64,000 nucleotides of DNA from contig NW_026963347.1 in assembly GCF_036588685.1 (NCBI RefSeq), forward strand, positions 496,001 to 560,000. The letters are read 5' to 3'. This DNA comes from Mytilus trossulus. Taxonomy: Eukaryota. Below the pieces are notes generated by a model. It saw only the letters and a program-made list of their open reading frames with translations. It searched no databases and had not been told where the DNA came from. This document shows positions 10,992-25,948 of the stretch, piece by piece; positions within the stretch are counted from its first letter, which is position 1, and every line of letters starts with the position of its first letter. Made by a program: the position numbers and the translations under genes.

Positions 10992-13011
10992 ATGGAGAAC
11001 TATCAAGTTGGTATGTTAATGTCTGTATTTGTTCTGCTTGGTGCAGTATATGAACACACTGTAAATAAAAACATAGACCAAATAAAAGACGAGTTACTTC
11101 AAAACGGAAATGAAATAATGAAAGGAAAAGAAGGATTAAAATCGACCTACAAGGCATTTGTACAAGTGAAAGTAGAAAACGAATTGGTCAGAAAGGAACT
11201 TACACAAGTGAAAGTTGAATTGGATACGACGAAAAAGGAAGTTAAACAAGTGAAAGTAGGACTAGAGTCGACGACAAATGAAGTTAAACAAGTGAAAGTA
11301 GAGTTGGAGTCGACGAAAAGGGAACTTAAACAAGTTCAAGTAGAATTGGAAAATATTAAAACAGGTAAATAAACCATGTCAAGACCATATTTTAGCTATA
11401 CCATGATACTAGTATTGGCAAATTTTAGTTTTAGCTCACATGGCCTGAAAGGGTCAATTGAACTTTTCGCATCACTTGACATCCGTCGTACGTCGTCGTC
11501 CGTTGTCTCCCGTGGTCCGTTGTCGTCGGTTAACTTTTAGAAAAATCTTCTCTTCTGAAAACTTCTTGGCCAAATTGAACCGAACTTGGGCTAAATCATC
11601 CTTATGGTATCTTGTTTCAAACATGTATCCGATAACCCCTTCCATCAATCAAGATGGTCAATATGGCTTAAGATAGAGCATGGGATAAAATGCAGTATTT
11701 GGCATATAGCTCTGAAACTAAAAGCATTTAAATCAAAACTGACGTGATAAAAATGTTCATCAGGTTTAGACACATTTTCCCTGAAATTTTAAACAGACTA
11801 AAATATCAGTGATGCAAGATCAACGAAGCAGAGATTTTTGGCATGGTCTATTCTCGTCTACAATGTTGTAAAGTGTGCTTTGTTTAATAGTCCCGTAGAC
11901 TAATGTGAGCGACAACAGACTTTTAAGAGGCTCTAGTTTATAAAGCGCAAACGTGTTCTATAAATTGAAGCGCAAATAGTCTTACAAAGCGCAAATGTCC
12001 TATTGAAAAGCGTTCCGCGCCGACTTGTAAAAAACAAAAAATAAAAAATGTAAAGGAATTTGATGCGACTTTCACAAAAGTGAGAGATTAAGCTACCTTA
12101 AAAACAAGGTTTAATGCACATTTTTGTTAATAAAAATTCCGTATAAGATTAACAAATAATACATGATGATCTTGTTGTGTTAATTATTGGTACTGACGTT
12201 GTTTGTCATCTCGATAACGTGTTACAGTGTTCTTTTATTTGTCTTTTTGAACATGTCTTTTACTTTTTAGTCTGTTTTTGATGATATCCATATATCATGA
12301 CTATGTACTTATGATCCCGACATTGTGTTAATATTTTATGATAAATGTTTGATTTTTTACTATCATTCTTGCTTATGTTTTTGGTCCATATACCTTTTAG
12401 TAATTAATTGATACATTTTACGCTGCTCTATACTTATACATCCAGTCATTATGTTATTGTTCTATGTTATTTTTTGAATACTTGTCTTTCATTTTTGCCT
12501 TCATTAATACCTAATGGTAGCATTCATTAAACATGATTAAATGACTAACTTATAAACTAATTCTGTAAACAAGATTATTAGATCATCCTTAACAGCGATT
12601 CAACCTTGATATTTTTCAGAACTTCACACACAAAGACCAGGGTTTTATGTAACTCTATCGGCCCATACTCTCCTACATCAGACTCAAAAAATAGAGTTCG
12701 ACCTGGTGAAAACTGATGTTACAAATAATTATAATAGAATTACCGGAATATTTACAGTTCCAAAGGACGGACTATATCATTTTTCGTTTACAATGTTGTC
12801 TTCAAAGGACAGACTACATGCTGAGATTGTGCATAATCAACAAGTGATTGGACGAAATGTTGGAACTGCCATCTTCGTGTCAGCAACAATTAACGCTGTA
12901 ATTTCCTGTAAACAGGGAGATTTAGTTTTTGTACGGCACCTTGCAGGGGAAGGGACCGAGACAATCACTGGGGCAGGATATTCAGCATTTTCGGGCTTTT
13001 TAATTGACTGA
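10992..13011 (+). CDS. Secreted coiled-coil C1q-domain-containing (C1qDC) protein, ~254 aa; exons 10992-11364 and 12620-13011
   Basis: Hydrophobic N-terminus, then a coiled coil of 14-aa repeats. A phase-1 GT-AG intron (ACAG|gtaaat ... tttttcag|AA) joins it in frame to a gC1q domain (IEFDLVKTD, YNRITGIFTVPKDGLYHFSF, YSAFSGFLI). An additional upstream exon cannot be excluded. Confidence 0.9.
11431..11938 (+). mobile_element. Non-autonomous Helentron-type element (HINE) in the C1qDC intron
   Basis: Starts with TTTTAGCTCAC (subTIR) followed by a short palindrome and a (CGT)-rich microsatellite. Ends with GTGAGC, a hairpin and CTAGTTT. Confidence 0.65.
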
Positions 13012-13869
13012 TATTGCAATCATGAAAGAGTGTAAATCTGTACTGTAACAAAGAGTTTCATGTTCAAGCTGAAGCGGTATTAACTTATGAGTTTGAACGG
13101 CTCTTTGATATCCTTCACTTCTTTTATAGTAGATACAATTAATATTGTTACGTCAGTACTTTGACTGAATTATGTATCTCATCTGAAGCTCTATTATTCC
13201 ATCTAGATATATCTACCAGAAGCATGATAGTTAAGGGGGAAACATGACGATATCCCTTGAAAATAGCAGTATGTGTACAATGATAACACATTGGTGCAGA
13301 TTGCTTTTAGATAAAACTAGCTCGCATCCGTTTTATATCAATTTTCATATTGTAGGTAGCATACATACAACGATGATATTGTATAGATACAATACAGTAG
13401 ACCATATTAAGCACAGATAGATTCACAAACATATTTCGAGGAATTCCACACCTAGAGACGGGCCTCAGATGGTCCCTCAATAAAAATGCGTACTAGTTTA
13501 GTTACCTGGACGTTATACTTAACGATTCTTTTAGTTTAACATTTGTTTACTAATTCAGTGGAAAGCCAATAGAACTAACTAAACCAAAGAAATTATCTAA
13601 TTTATTTTAATTAAAGTAGACAGACATGTTTGTTATATTTAAATCATGTGAGTCGAAAAACCTATAATTGTTCTTTTAATATAGTTTAAACTATAAATCC
13701 ATAAGACAATTATAAATCAGCAGATGCATACATGTATTTGAACTTTGATCACTTTATTGGATGCACTTTGTAGTTATATACTACATTGTATATGACGGAA
13801 GGCCAAATTGATATGTTATTTTAGCATATTTGATGTATAATTACTTGAATACGTTTAACGCTTGCAAAA

Positions 13870-14195
13870 GTGGGGCGTCCGTTTGGCTGTGCGGGATGTA
13901 TTAAGATTGCGGCCACGTCCAGTCGATGCCTCGTGTAAAGATAGTGCCACGATCTGTGCACGTTAAGAACCCTTGCTACAACACTTTAGGGTGAACGTAG
14001 GTGGCCTTTTGCAAGGCAAAATTGCTGTTCCTATCCAATGTACCCTAATTCTCTAGTTGAAATTTCTGCGACAATCATCCCATATGGCCTCTTCCACTAC
14101 AAAACCCACCTATTGTTTTATTGTTAACTTGTTCTCGTCCTGAACATACATTAAATATTTGCCAATGGACGTTAAGCAACAAACAATCAATCAAT
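13870..14195 (+). mobile_element. SINE 3' fragment with (CAAT)n-type tail
   Basis: GC-rich core with TGCACGTTAAGAACCC (MetaSINE-like motif, from recall) and tail GGACGTTAAGCAACAAACAATCAATCAAT. Confidence 0.55.
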
Positions 14196-14384
14196 TCGTT
14201 AAAAAAAGATAGAAAATTCGGTATCGATGACACAATTTTTGTAGCCAGCATAATCATTTTATGAACTAAGTACTTAAAACAGATAAAAATATGAGGTTTT
14301 ACAAAAACGTTTATTATATGAATTTCATTTTGTTTTAAATATTGTCGTGTAGATTAAAATAACTAATTGGACATTTTTTTGATT

Positions 14385-14526
14385 TTTTGGGGAATTTTGA
14401 ATCCTCAATGCTCTTCAACTTTGTACTTGTTTGGCTCTATGAATATTTTGATATGGGCGTCACTGAGTCTTATGTAGACGTCACGCGCGTCTGGCGTATT
14501 TATTTTAATCCTGGTACCTTTGATAA
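14385..14526 (+). mobile_element. 5'-truncated copy of the 359-nt retrozyme with inactivated HHR core
   Basis: Homologous to 42215-42358. The core CTGATGA has lost TGA and GAAA reads GTCA. It ends at the family terminus CCTGGTACCTTTGATAA. Confidence 0.75.
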
Positions 14527-14689
14527 ATATTCAAAATATAAATTGTATAATTGTTCATATTGAATTGATATTTTTTCATCAAATTTGGCAATCATTCATT
14601 GTACGACAACTCTTTGTTTAAGTTTATTTCCTTTGTAATTAGACTTTTCTATGTTTCTCATACATATCAAGGACAGATTTTAACTCAGT

Positions 14690-17600
14690 ATATGCAATGT
14701 TGTTGCGTAAGTTGTTTACACGTTATTATCAAACTTCCGATAACATACATCAATAAACTGGAACTTATATGTATAAGATCGCGTTTTATCACATTGTAAA
14801 CATCCTTCGAGGTGTTTATAATAAGTGATAACGATTGATAAAAATGATAAAATTTTGAATTCCGCGAATCGAGGATACATATTAAATTAAATTTTATATT
14901 TTCTGTGATCCATAATTTCTGATTTGATACAGATACCTCCTGAACAGAAATGTCCTTGAAGATAAAAGAAATCGGTCTCTCTTCATAAAGAAATATTTAT
15001 ATATTAATATACCTAAATGGAATTAAGTACATTAATATTTTTTTTGTAATTATCACAATTTTGTAAACTTTCAATATGTAATATCAATGGTGTATATGAA
15101 AGAGTTAAGCAAATCAGTAAAATATCAATTATTTCATATCTTTTACAATGTTTTACATGTGGTGTGTTTTTTGTTGTTGTTGGGTTTTTTTTTTTTTTTT
15201 TCATATTTTGATGGTTTTTTTTTCAATTTTTTTATTTTAAAATTCAAGTCCAGAACTTTACTTGTGACGACGCTCTTAAAAATATTGAATTTGTGTTTTT
15301 GGTTATACTTTTAAGGATATATTGTATTAGCATAACAGCAAATAGATGTTTTTGAACTGAATCTCGTGTATTTCTTTCTACCAATGTTGACCATTTTTTT
15401 GGTCAAACATCTGTTTATGGACAAGATCCTGACTCCATAGCAAGCCATGCATGTTGTCTTTAACGTTTTCAGCAGATACTACAATTTCGTAGAATATCAT
15501 CGAAAAGATGTCAAGTTAATACCTATTCATTGATAGATTTCAAGTACTGCTACTTTTTGAAGGAAATAAATATGTTGTAACTTTTGTTTATTAAAGATCG
15601 CTCTGCAGGATTTCCTTGAACCTTTAACAACAAATCTAACCTTCAATATCATGGATTTTTTTTTACGAAAATCAACAACATAAGAGTTATTCTTAACAAC
15701 TTCTATACAAGTATGTGATGTCCAAGAATGAGAAAGTAGATTATGATATTTTAGTGTTAAACCATATGCAATATTTAATAAATTAAAATTAAAAGTAATT
15801 CAGAAGAAGAAAAAAAAAACGCCGGACCAGATTTAGTATCGTTAAAAACACAACTTCAAACAAAAATATGAGTTATAACTTATAAGGATTCGGTATCGTA
15901 TACTCGAATTTCAATTAAACGAGTCTAGTATGATTTTCCGCCCGTTGGCTACTCACAGCAATCCAATGTTTTAAATTTTTATATCAATACTTCGATTAAT
16001 TATAATTATCAAATTACTTAAATGGTAATTCGTGTTCTAAATCTAAGTAATGTTCTGTATTCATTTTATTTAACAAAATAAACATAATTAAACATTAATA
16101 TACTGTATCATTGCCACGAATACAATTTTGGGGATACAGTATAAAAAAAGATTATTTCAATGTAAAATACATATGTACAGAAGTTCTTAACTCTCAAAGT
16201 GGGAGCTATTTGTATATATTTAACGTAATATCTAAAATAAAAGTAAACAAGATAAATACTTATTTTACAAAGTATTTAAAGAAATTGAAAATAATCATAA
16301 AGTACTCTAAAACAACAATACTTGATTCAAAATAGTTTCTGAAAATTATAAGCCTTCGGATGATTTTGGATGGTTTTCAGTAAACTAAATGAAAGTGTAA
16401 CCGTGTTAATGATTAACAAAAAAGGCGGGCTAAGTAGTCACTTTCTTGTCCTATCAAAACTGTCCAATGTCTAATTTAATAAGAGGACGTCAAGCGTTGA
16501 TAATAAGAATAAAGTTATCAGTCTGGTGACTTTCTTTATCTTGTTTTATCAAGTGGAAGCTAGAAAGAGATTGTATTTAACATAAGGAATAACCACAAAG
16601 TATGTACAAGTGATAATTGGTCCTCTAAAACACTCATGAAATAAAGTAGATAGATATCAGTCAGCGCGGGAATCATTTGCCAACATACATAAGTGTGTCA
16701 TGTGACAGTGTTATTAATTTAATCATTATGTTATTTTCATTTGAACGGAGACGATTCAGATTCGTATTTAACCCTTCTTCATGTACATATAAGTCATCAA
16801 ATTTGTTAGTGATTGTCTTTTTCGATATCTTGATACTTTTGCTTCCTTTCGATTTCGGAATCTGTTGTTGATGGTTTTTTCATTGTTTTTGTCTGATCTA
16901 CGTGCCGGCATTTGGGACAGCTTTAATTTTGTAAAATCTTAAATTATCCATTGCTGATGACTGCACTACAAAATATTTTTTTCTAGGGCATAAAATCGTT
17001 TCGATACTGTTTTGATAAGTTGGTCCAACATTTCCATATTATCTTATTGATCTAAATGCACACTTCATTTTATGTAGGGATTTCTCAAAAATTCATCTAT
17101 CCATATCAAAAATCTGGATATTTGTGATAGCTTTTTTCGAAACGAATGCTTTTTCACATACATTTGTACGTTCTTAAATTTTCGAAATACGAAGTATAAC
17201 CCATTTCCCGTAATTTAACATAATACCCAAAAGCCCTATGCACTGTTTGTCGGGGTAACAAATCATTTATTTTTCACAAAGTTTTCTGCATACATTTAGT
17301 TAATTAATTTAGATGGGTATTCATTGTGTGTTCCTCTGTTCATTAAATCAGCACCACTATAAAGTTGCTCAGATAATATATGTTTAGATACTATAATTGT
17401 TATAGTAGTTTTTCAATTCGAGATGTATATTGGATATTAACCCATAAATAGTTGTATGAAGTTGTGGCATTAGTGCGAAGGAATCTACTCTCCAGTCAAA
17501 TTCCAATTTGTAAAAGTTAACCATTACAGACTAAAGTACTGTCTGCCACACGGAGCCTTGGCTAACACCAACATGAAAGCTATACAGAGTCTTATAAATG

Positions 17601-19215
17601 ATCAGTGTAACACCATTTAAACGGGAAGACCCATTACTCATAACTTATGGTTTAGTAAAAGTGGAATAGATGTTGTACCTACAACATGTAGATTGTTGCT
17701 ATCAATAATGACTGATAAGTCTAAGAATATTGCAGATACGTTCAATAACGCTGTGTATTTCATTTGATTCGATCACCGAAAAAGCGATTTACGTGTATAG
17801 GATATATATACTCACTCGACATTACATAATTATGTCTTTGTATTTTGATTGAGCTGTTGCGACTGTTTGTTATTCACTTGAACGTTCATACATGTATCTA
17901 CAATTATGAAATAAACCAAATTTCACAATGCATATTCCCAGTGATAAATATTCATTGAGGATAGTCACTACAAATCATTGCCCATCGTACATGTGTTACA
18001 AAAAATAATGCTTTTGTTCTAAGTACAAAGTTCTCAGATATGTATTAAGCAATTCATTATTTCTTTATTTTATTTTTTTCTGTGAATCGTATTTTTTGGA
18101 ATTTGATAAGTGTTATTGGTACCTTTGATAGCTATTGATCATGAAATTTTGTTTTTGTTCTTAATTCTGTGTATTTAAAACTGTGGCTCCTTCTCATTGT
18201 TATTAGAAACATAGACATTAAAAGTATGAGCTATCTTAGAGTCTAGTTTATTATTAATCTGACATAATACCCATCTAAATTAATTTGATTATTTAAAAAA
18301 AAAAGCTTTCTTGTGTGTTATTGAGTTATAATGAATGATTGGGAATAACCTTAGAATTTATCTAGAGAAATAAAGTTCTGAAAATAAATTTGTTTCGATT
18401 TAACCTGGTTTTTTTAATTCACCTTACTCTGCAAAGCTTAAACCCAAACAACATGATCAATGCGTTTATTTAAGTACTTGTAAACTATTACACTAAAACA
18501 GATTATTTGAGGGAATCAGTTCTTACATATATTTTAGTCCGAAAGGGAAGAAATCTTTTTCCAGTAGGACATTTGAATGAAACCAACCACTTTTTATGTT
18601 TAATATATATTATCTGTGTATTAAACTCAATGTTCAAACAGTTATATTTATTGTTAACTTATTGAATATTGGATCAGTTAAAACACTACTAACCAATAAA
18701 AGAGTAAAACGAAACTTTGAATTCTAAGTAGAATTACTCTCCTCATTTTTTCTGGGCCAAATAATAGCCAATTTGTCAGTTTGTCCTATTTATTAAACTG
18801 GAGTTAATTGGGGTATTCTTGATTTTACTTTTGAACACAGTTGGTTTACAGATAGCACTTGTTATGCATAGAACTATTGTCATCATGTGTAGTTATCTAA
18901 TTTAAACCGCTTTTTTATTCGACTTTCATCATGAGAGTAATGGGACTTGGACCATGTGTTTTACTTGTGTAGCACTATAACACCTTGTAATTGCAAATCT
19001 CTCGTGACCATTTGACAAATAGTTGCGCCAGATTTAAGCAATATATAGTTCACCATTTGAATTGATGTCTATTTGATTTGACAATGACACATTGTAAATG
19101 TGTGAACTCATCTGATACCATTTTATCAAAAGGCAACAGCTCATGTTTGGTATGATAGTTTACCAAAACTTGTAATTGAGGATTCCCTACCAGTACTGTG
19201 ATTCAAAACTAATAA
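14690..19215. repeat. Old local duplication, copy 1 (paralogous to ~21285-28255)
   Basis: Collinear matching blocks: 14710/21300, 15590/22250, 16430/23325, 16750/23605, 17725/26010, 18180/26512 and 19085/28133. Confidence 0.85.
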
Positions 19216-22200
19216 GACAAGGGGCGAATTGTACCAAAGAGAAAGTCAAACTCATCATGCTCATAGATCGAAAATAAACGGACAACGCCATTGTTTAAAA
19301 GGAAAATGACAAACAGACAAATTATAGTACACGAGACACAACACACAAAACTAGAGACTAAGCAACATTATTTGTAATTTGGAGTTTTCATTTTTACAAA
19401 TCCAGTAGGTATATCAGAATTGGTGTGTTTCGGGTTTGAAGTGTAGTTAGAATTGTCTGTGCTGTCGTTAATTCATTTGATTTCGGTAGTATTTAACATT
19501 GCCATATAAGTGGGTCATTCAGCTAGCCATACAACTAGGTTCAAACCACCATATGTTCTTACAATATCATGTAAAAAGTCCGAAATGTGATAGTTGTTAT
19601 CAAATTGTCCGTTTCTTTGTATGTTAGGATGGTGGTTTTTTTGGTGTTTTTTTTTTTTTTGGCAGATCATTGTTTTAAAGTTCTAGTTTGTAACCGGCAT
19701 TTGTTCTCTCTAAATCGATTAATGACTATTCGACAGCGGTGAACTGTTGCCATTATAAATGACTTTTCCGAATACAAAGTAGTTTATATTATCATTCGGG
19801 GTGGAACTAAATTGGAAAAAAATCGGTGCTATACAAAATGTTTACTCTTTTGAGATTTTATTGTAAGTATACGACATTTTTCAGTAGTTCAAATGCAGGT
19901 CAAAACTTGCATGGAATTTAGTGTGGAACTCTTCGATAACAAATCTCTGTTTTCTGAGAATAAAATCAAACTATACAGTATTACCACATTTTCTCTCTAT
20001 CCGATTTAAATAAAGCAGATATGAATGGGAAGGAATATCATATATGTTTTTATTTGTCCTAGGATAGATTTTTTTTTCAAAATCACAAGTCAAACCGCTT
20101 CACTAAATTGATTTATGTTGTCAAGATTCTTGGTTATTCTGCTTTTTTTTTTCCTTCTTATTTCGCAAAATACAACAGAATGAATACATTAAGCATTGTT
20201 AAGGACAATTATAAACACATAAAACTGAAACCTTTAACGTAATGACAACCCAATTTGTTAACCCCAACCAATGTTCCTCTCCGAGAAAGGCTTTAAGGTT
20301 TTAATTTACACCACATCTGTTAAAAGTTTTTGACAATGAATTGTAAAATTGAACTACTTGCTGCTTCCAATTTTCAACAAGTACATGTGTTACTGTATGG
20401 AAGAGCCTATGGATTATACAAGAATTGCGGTTATAATCATGACTACAGGTAAGATATGGGTGAATGTGTATATAAAATATAGATCCTTAAATAATGATAT
20501 CACTTAATCTTGACGACATTCTAACGTTTGCATTACTATGCACAATCTGAAGTTCAAATTTGAGATTAACACGCATTTGGCTTCAAACGGATGAAATTTT
20601 GAAAATTGTTAGTATAATATCAAAATAAACAACATTTGTTTTAAAACTGTCACACGGAAAGCTTGCGTAAACTGGTTGATATTAAAAGTAGGGATTAGTA
20701 TCAAAATATGCATTTCATACATGTAGATGAGCACCCATTGATCGAAATAGGAATGCAAATAGCATTACGTAAAAGGTTAGGGTTGGATAAAAAAAACATA
20801 AATCATTTTACGAAAACTTGTTATACGATTAAATTCAATGATTTTGCAAATAAATGCCGACTAAAATATATTATACAAAAAAAGCGCACTTCACGAAATT
20901 TTGTTCTTGTTCAGAAATTTTAAAATTCGTTATGAAGGAGACAACCTTCGAATTCGTAGCCTTCGATATCTTTTCGTTTTATAGAAGAACAATTAAAATT
21001 TGGTGTTTCATCAAAACATTTATTCGGTATATTTTTAAAATACTATCACTAGTTTGAATAAATAGATTTTTTAAATAATAATGATATTATAAAATATAAA
21101 TTGTATATTTTGTTATTTGTTATTTGTTTTATAAAACAAAAGGTGAAATCAACAAAATACTGAAAATTGATATTTTTGCCAATTGGCAATCGTGCATTGT
21201 ACTCCACATCTTAATTTAAGTTAATTGTCTTCTATTCTTCACCTTTTAATATGTCCTTCATATATACTGAGGACTGATTTAAAATCAGTATCTGTGTAAA
21301 TTGTTTACACGTTATAATCAAACTTCCGATAATATATATCAGTAAATGGGAACGTAAATGTATCAAATCGCGTTTTATCACGTTGTAAACATCCTTCTTG
21401 GTGTTTGTAATAGGTGATAATAATGATAAAATTTTGAATTCCGCGAAACGAGGATATATTTAATTGAATTTTAAATTTTCTGTAATCCAATTTTTCTGAT
21501 TCGATACTGCTACTTCCTTGACCAAAATGTCCTTGAAGATACACAAAATCGGTCATCCTTTATAAAAAAAAAATTCATTTATGTACACTAAATTTATATG
21601 TTTTTTAACCCTGTATCTGTACCTTTATTTAACTTTTTTGTTGTCTTTCTTGAGTAAAAAAAATGAAAGTATATGATTGTTTTTGTCCAGTTAAGATTCG
21701 GTCGTAGATTGTAACTATGAATATGTAATATCAATGGTGCGGATGAGTTTAGTATACCATTAAAATAGTAATAATTTTCTCTGTAATATATGTTGGCTTT
21801 TAAAGTTTGGATTTTTTCAACTTTCTAATTTTTTCAATATTTCAATATTTTACTTATTGCGTTTTTAAAATTAAGGTCCTGACTTTGACTTGTGATGGCT
21901 TCCCGAAAAATGCATATACATTTGTACATGTTTTATGTTTTATGAGGATATGTATGTTGACCATAACAGCAAATGAATGTTCTTCAAATTATGATACTAA
22001 AAGCTTTAATAATAATTCAAAGCATGATATTTTTAACTTTATTGTAAAATCAAAATAAAATATATAAACATCGTCACAAATGTTTAATTCCGACCCCACC
22101 CCCCTCTTTCTTTTAAACATACAGTTGAAAGACGTTACGAATGGCTTGACCTTCTTATCTATCTCGTTTATCTAAAGTTAAGTTAACTGAGAGATGTGTT

Positions 22201-24430
22201 GTACTAAATCAAAAAGTCTAGTAACCAGTAAACAATGAGTTTGTATTTTTATTTAAGATCGCTATACATAATTTCTTCAAATCCTTTACATCAAATCTGG
22301 TCTTCAGTATCATGGAATTTCAAAGTAATTATCAACATAGTTGAATCTATTTCTTTTCTTAAACTATATCAACAACATTACATGTACAATTTATTCATAT
22401 ATTTTTAGCGTCGAAGAATGAAAAAGTAAATCATAAGTTTTTAGTTATAAATCGTATGAAATATTGAAATACAAAAAAATCTATAGTCCTGATGAATTTA
22501 ATTGTCGTTTAATTAAAGCAATAGTATTTCAAACAAAAATATAAAGTTATAACCAATAAAAGGTATAGGGTAACATACTTGAGTGTCTAATAAACCAGTC
22601 TAATATGTGTTGCTGTATGATCAGTTGGCCGTTTACGGCAATTCATATAATTTTAATTATTCCATATTGCTAAAATATTAGTCGGTTTTTCTATATGAAT
22701 GGGATTTTGAATAAATAAGCATATTCACCTGCGGAAAAAGGATATTCACCGCGCAAAACGTCGCGTGCTTTTACGTGTATAGTTTTGGTAAAAAACGTTT
22801 GATGTACAATTGGTTTTGGTAAATATTTTCCATTACATTAATTTCTCTCGGAATATGGAGTAAAACATTTACTGTCTTTTGTTTCGGTAAATATGTGGTT
22901 TTATTGACTTTTGAAAAACTGATATCAAACAACATACAGGTACTAGTATATGGTAATTCGTGTTTACTAGAAGGTATTATTTTGTTTTCTACAATATTAT
23001 AAATTTTATAGAAATAAACAATTTTAAAATTGATCAATATTATTAGTAAACAGTGCTTTACATTCAATTGTCTTTAATTAGTAGTTTCTTATTATCAAGG
23101 TGACAGTTATATGTATATACATTTATTTAAGGTATAATCCAAAATAAATCAATTAAGATAAATCTTTTTTACCAACGTATTGATCAAAACTAAAATTAAT
23201 AATTAAAGGCACTAATATTACAAAACTTGATTCAAAATAGTTACTAATAATGAGAGTAAGAATTTTGGATGGCATTTCAATAAACAAATTGGGTTTAAAC
23301 CGTGTTAACAATTTTTCGAAAAGGCGTGACCAAGTAGTTACTCTCTTGTCCTATCAAAACTGTTCAAAATCTGATTTAATAAAAGGACGTAAAGCGTTGA
23401 TAATAAGAATAAATTTATCAGTCTTGTGACTCATTTATCTTGTTTTATCAATTCGAAGGTAGGAAGAGATAATATTTGTTTGATGCACCACCCACAACGT
23501 ATGTGCAAGTGATAAGTGGTCATCAAAAACACCCATAACATAAAGTAGATAAATATCAGTCAGCGCGGGACAGTGTTATTAGTTTATATTTCTGTTTCAT
23601 TTAAAGGGAGACGATTCAGATTCATATTTAACCATTCTACATAAAAGTCAGCGAATTTGTTAGTGATTGTCTTTTTGCTATATCTTGATACTTTTACTAT
23701 CTTTCAAGTTTGAGATTTTCTTGTTGGAGGCTTTTTCCTTTTATTTTGTCTGATCTCCATGTCTACATTTTGGACAGATTTGACATTGAAAAATCTTAAA
23801 TTATCAAATGTTGATGACTGACTATACAATCTACATTTTCCAGGACATGAATAGTTTCGATGCTGTTTTAATGAGATGACCAAACATCTCCATTTCATCG
23901 TTTTGTTAGAGATGCACATTACATTTCTGGTAGGCTGCTTTCAAAAATTTATCTATCCTTATCGAAAATGTGGATCAATGTGATAACTTTTTCGAAAGTA
24001 AGTTTCTCACATATATTTAGTTATTCCATAGTTTACAAATTCATTGTATGTTCCTCGTTGCTCGTTAAATCAGCATAACTATAAAGATTGTTAAAAATTG
24101 AAGTATGTATAATATCACTGCTCAGCGAATATTTATTTCAGTACTATAGCAATTTATCAATTTAGAGGCATTATGAATGTTTACCTATATATAGCTATAA
24201 GAAGATGTGGAATAGGTGCTAATGAGACACCTCGCCATCAAAGTGAACCATTACAGGTCAAAATACGGTCTTCAATATGATGCCTTGGCTCACATCGAAC
24301 AACAAGCCCAAAAAATAACCAGTGTAAAACCATTCAAAAGTTTAGACATTATATTTATATATGTATATATCAACACCATACGCGCAAATGGTATGGAACA
24401 TACGATACATATATATCATATACATATATA

Positions 24431-25948
24431 CTGAGTGCCAATGAAAACACAAAACTTGTAAATTTCAAATATTTAAAAAATAGAAATATTTGTTTTAATA
24501 TGATTACTTATAATGGTTTGAAATTGAATCGTCTGACTCCTTTCGACAACTTTACGCTTAAATGATTTTAGAAAAAAATTAAGTGCTTGGTTACAGAAAA
24601 GGAGGTGAGTCGAATGCACCGATTTTTTATGCACAAGTGATTTTCTCATGTTTGTTTTAGAAAGACTTGCTTAAGAATTGAACATTCAAATCCTTTTTTG
24701 TAAGCCACTGCAATAAACTTAGCCGTAGATGCCAAGACTGTCAGACAACCATAGACATGAAGTTTGGCATGGTGCAAGGAGACATTACAAGTCGTGAAAT
24801 TGCACGCAGAATGCAATGTTCAGCCTCAACAATTACCAGACTTATCCAAGGATTCAACCAAATTGGATCTTTAAATGATACACCACGTCCCGGAAGACAG
24901 AGAGAAACTACTGCCCAACAGGACCGATACATTCGTCTTCAGCTTCAGCGAGATCGTTTCCGTACGGCTGCCCAAACAGCACGGAAGACTGTCGGCTTCC
25001 ATAGGAGACAAATTGGAGCAAACACGGTAACACGTCGTTTGCGTAGCATTTTTTTAAGGGCACAGAAGCCTTTCCGTGGTAACATGCTGACAACAGTATG
25101 ACGCCAAAATTGCCTTAGATGGACACAGCGTCAGAGATGTCACACAGTCAATAGACAGTTATATTATGCATGTTATGGACGGCACAATCAAGATTCCATA
25201 AACGCCGTAGTGATGGACTAACTCGTATGTTCAAACGAGTAGGAAAATTCTATGCAGATTCGTATATCTTAGAGGCAGATCGTTTGGGTAGTATTAGTGT
25301 CATGGTATGGAGAGGAATATCGTTCAACCCTAAAACTCAACTCATTATTATCATTGGCAATTCAAACGCTCAACGCGTCATTGATGAGAAGTTTTCCGGC
25401 CGACCGTTATATCGTTTATGGCTAGACATCAAGATGTGAATATTTTTCAGCGAGATAACGCTCGTGCACATTCCGCACGACCCACAACTTCGTTTATTAA
25501 TAACAACCATGTTCAAACATTTCCATGAGCAGCCTTTTCGCTGGATTTGAGTCCAATTGAACACTTTTGGGATCAATTTGGACAAGCAGTGAGACGACGA
25601 CAGCCACCACCAGTTACGATGCGCGAACTAGAAACTGCATTTCGGGAAGAATGGAAAACATTCCACAACACCGTATCCGACGTCTGGTCAGGTCAATGAA
25701 GCGTCGTTGTAGAGATTGAGTTGCAGCACGTGGTGGACACATTCGTAATTGAGACTGTAAGTTAGTGAATTTTAGCGTTGTGTTGCATAAACGTATTAAA
25801 TTCGAAACGAGGTAATTGATCTTTTTTGTTTGACTTTTATCTTTATATAAGCCCTTTAACTGTCATTAACAATTACTGTACACAAATATTTTTTTGCATA
25901 AAAATGTTATTTTTAAAAACTAAGTGTTGAGTTTTCAATGGCACTCAG
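24431..25948 (+). mobile_element. Tc1/mariner transposon, decayed transposase
   Basis: TIRs CTGAGTGCCAATGAAAACAC / GAGTTTTCAATGGCACTCAG with TA duplication. HTH region (REIARRMQCSASTITRL, RPGRQRETTAQQDRYIRL), SVMVW, FQRDNARAH and DLSPIEHFWDQL are broken by stops and frameshifts. Confidence 0.92.

Noticed and set aside
16420-16680. Cluster of GATA motifs conserved in both duplicate copies (possible enhancer)
   Set aside because: WGATAR is frequent in AT-rich DNA, and the conservation is explained equally well by the duplication or by a fossil ORF.
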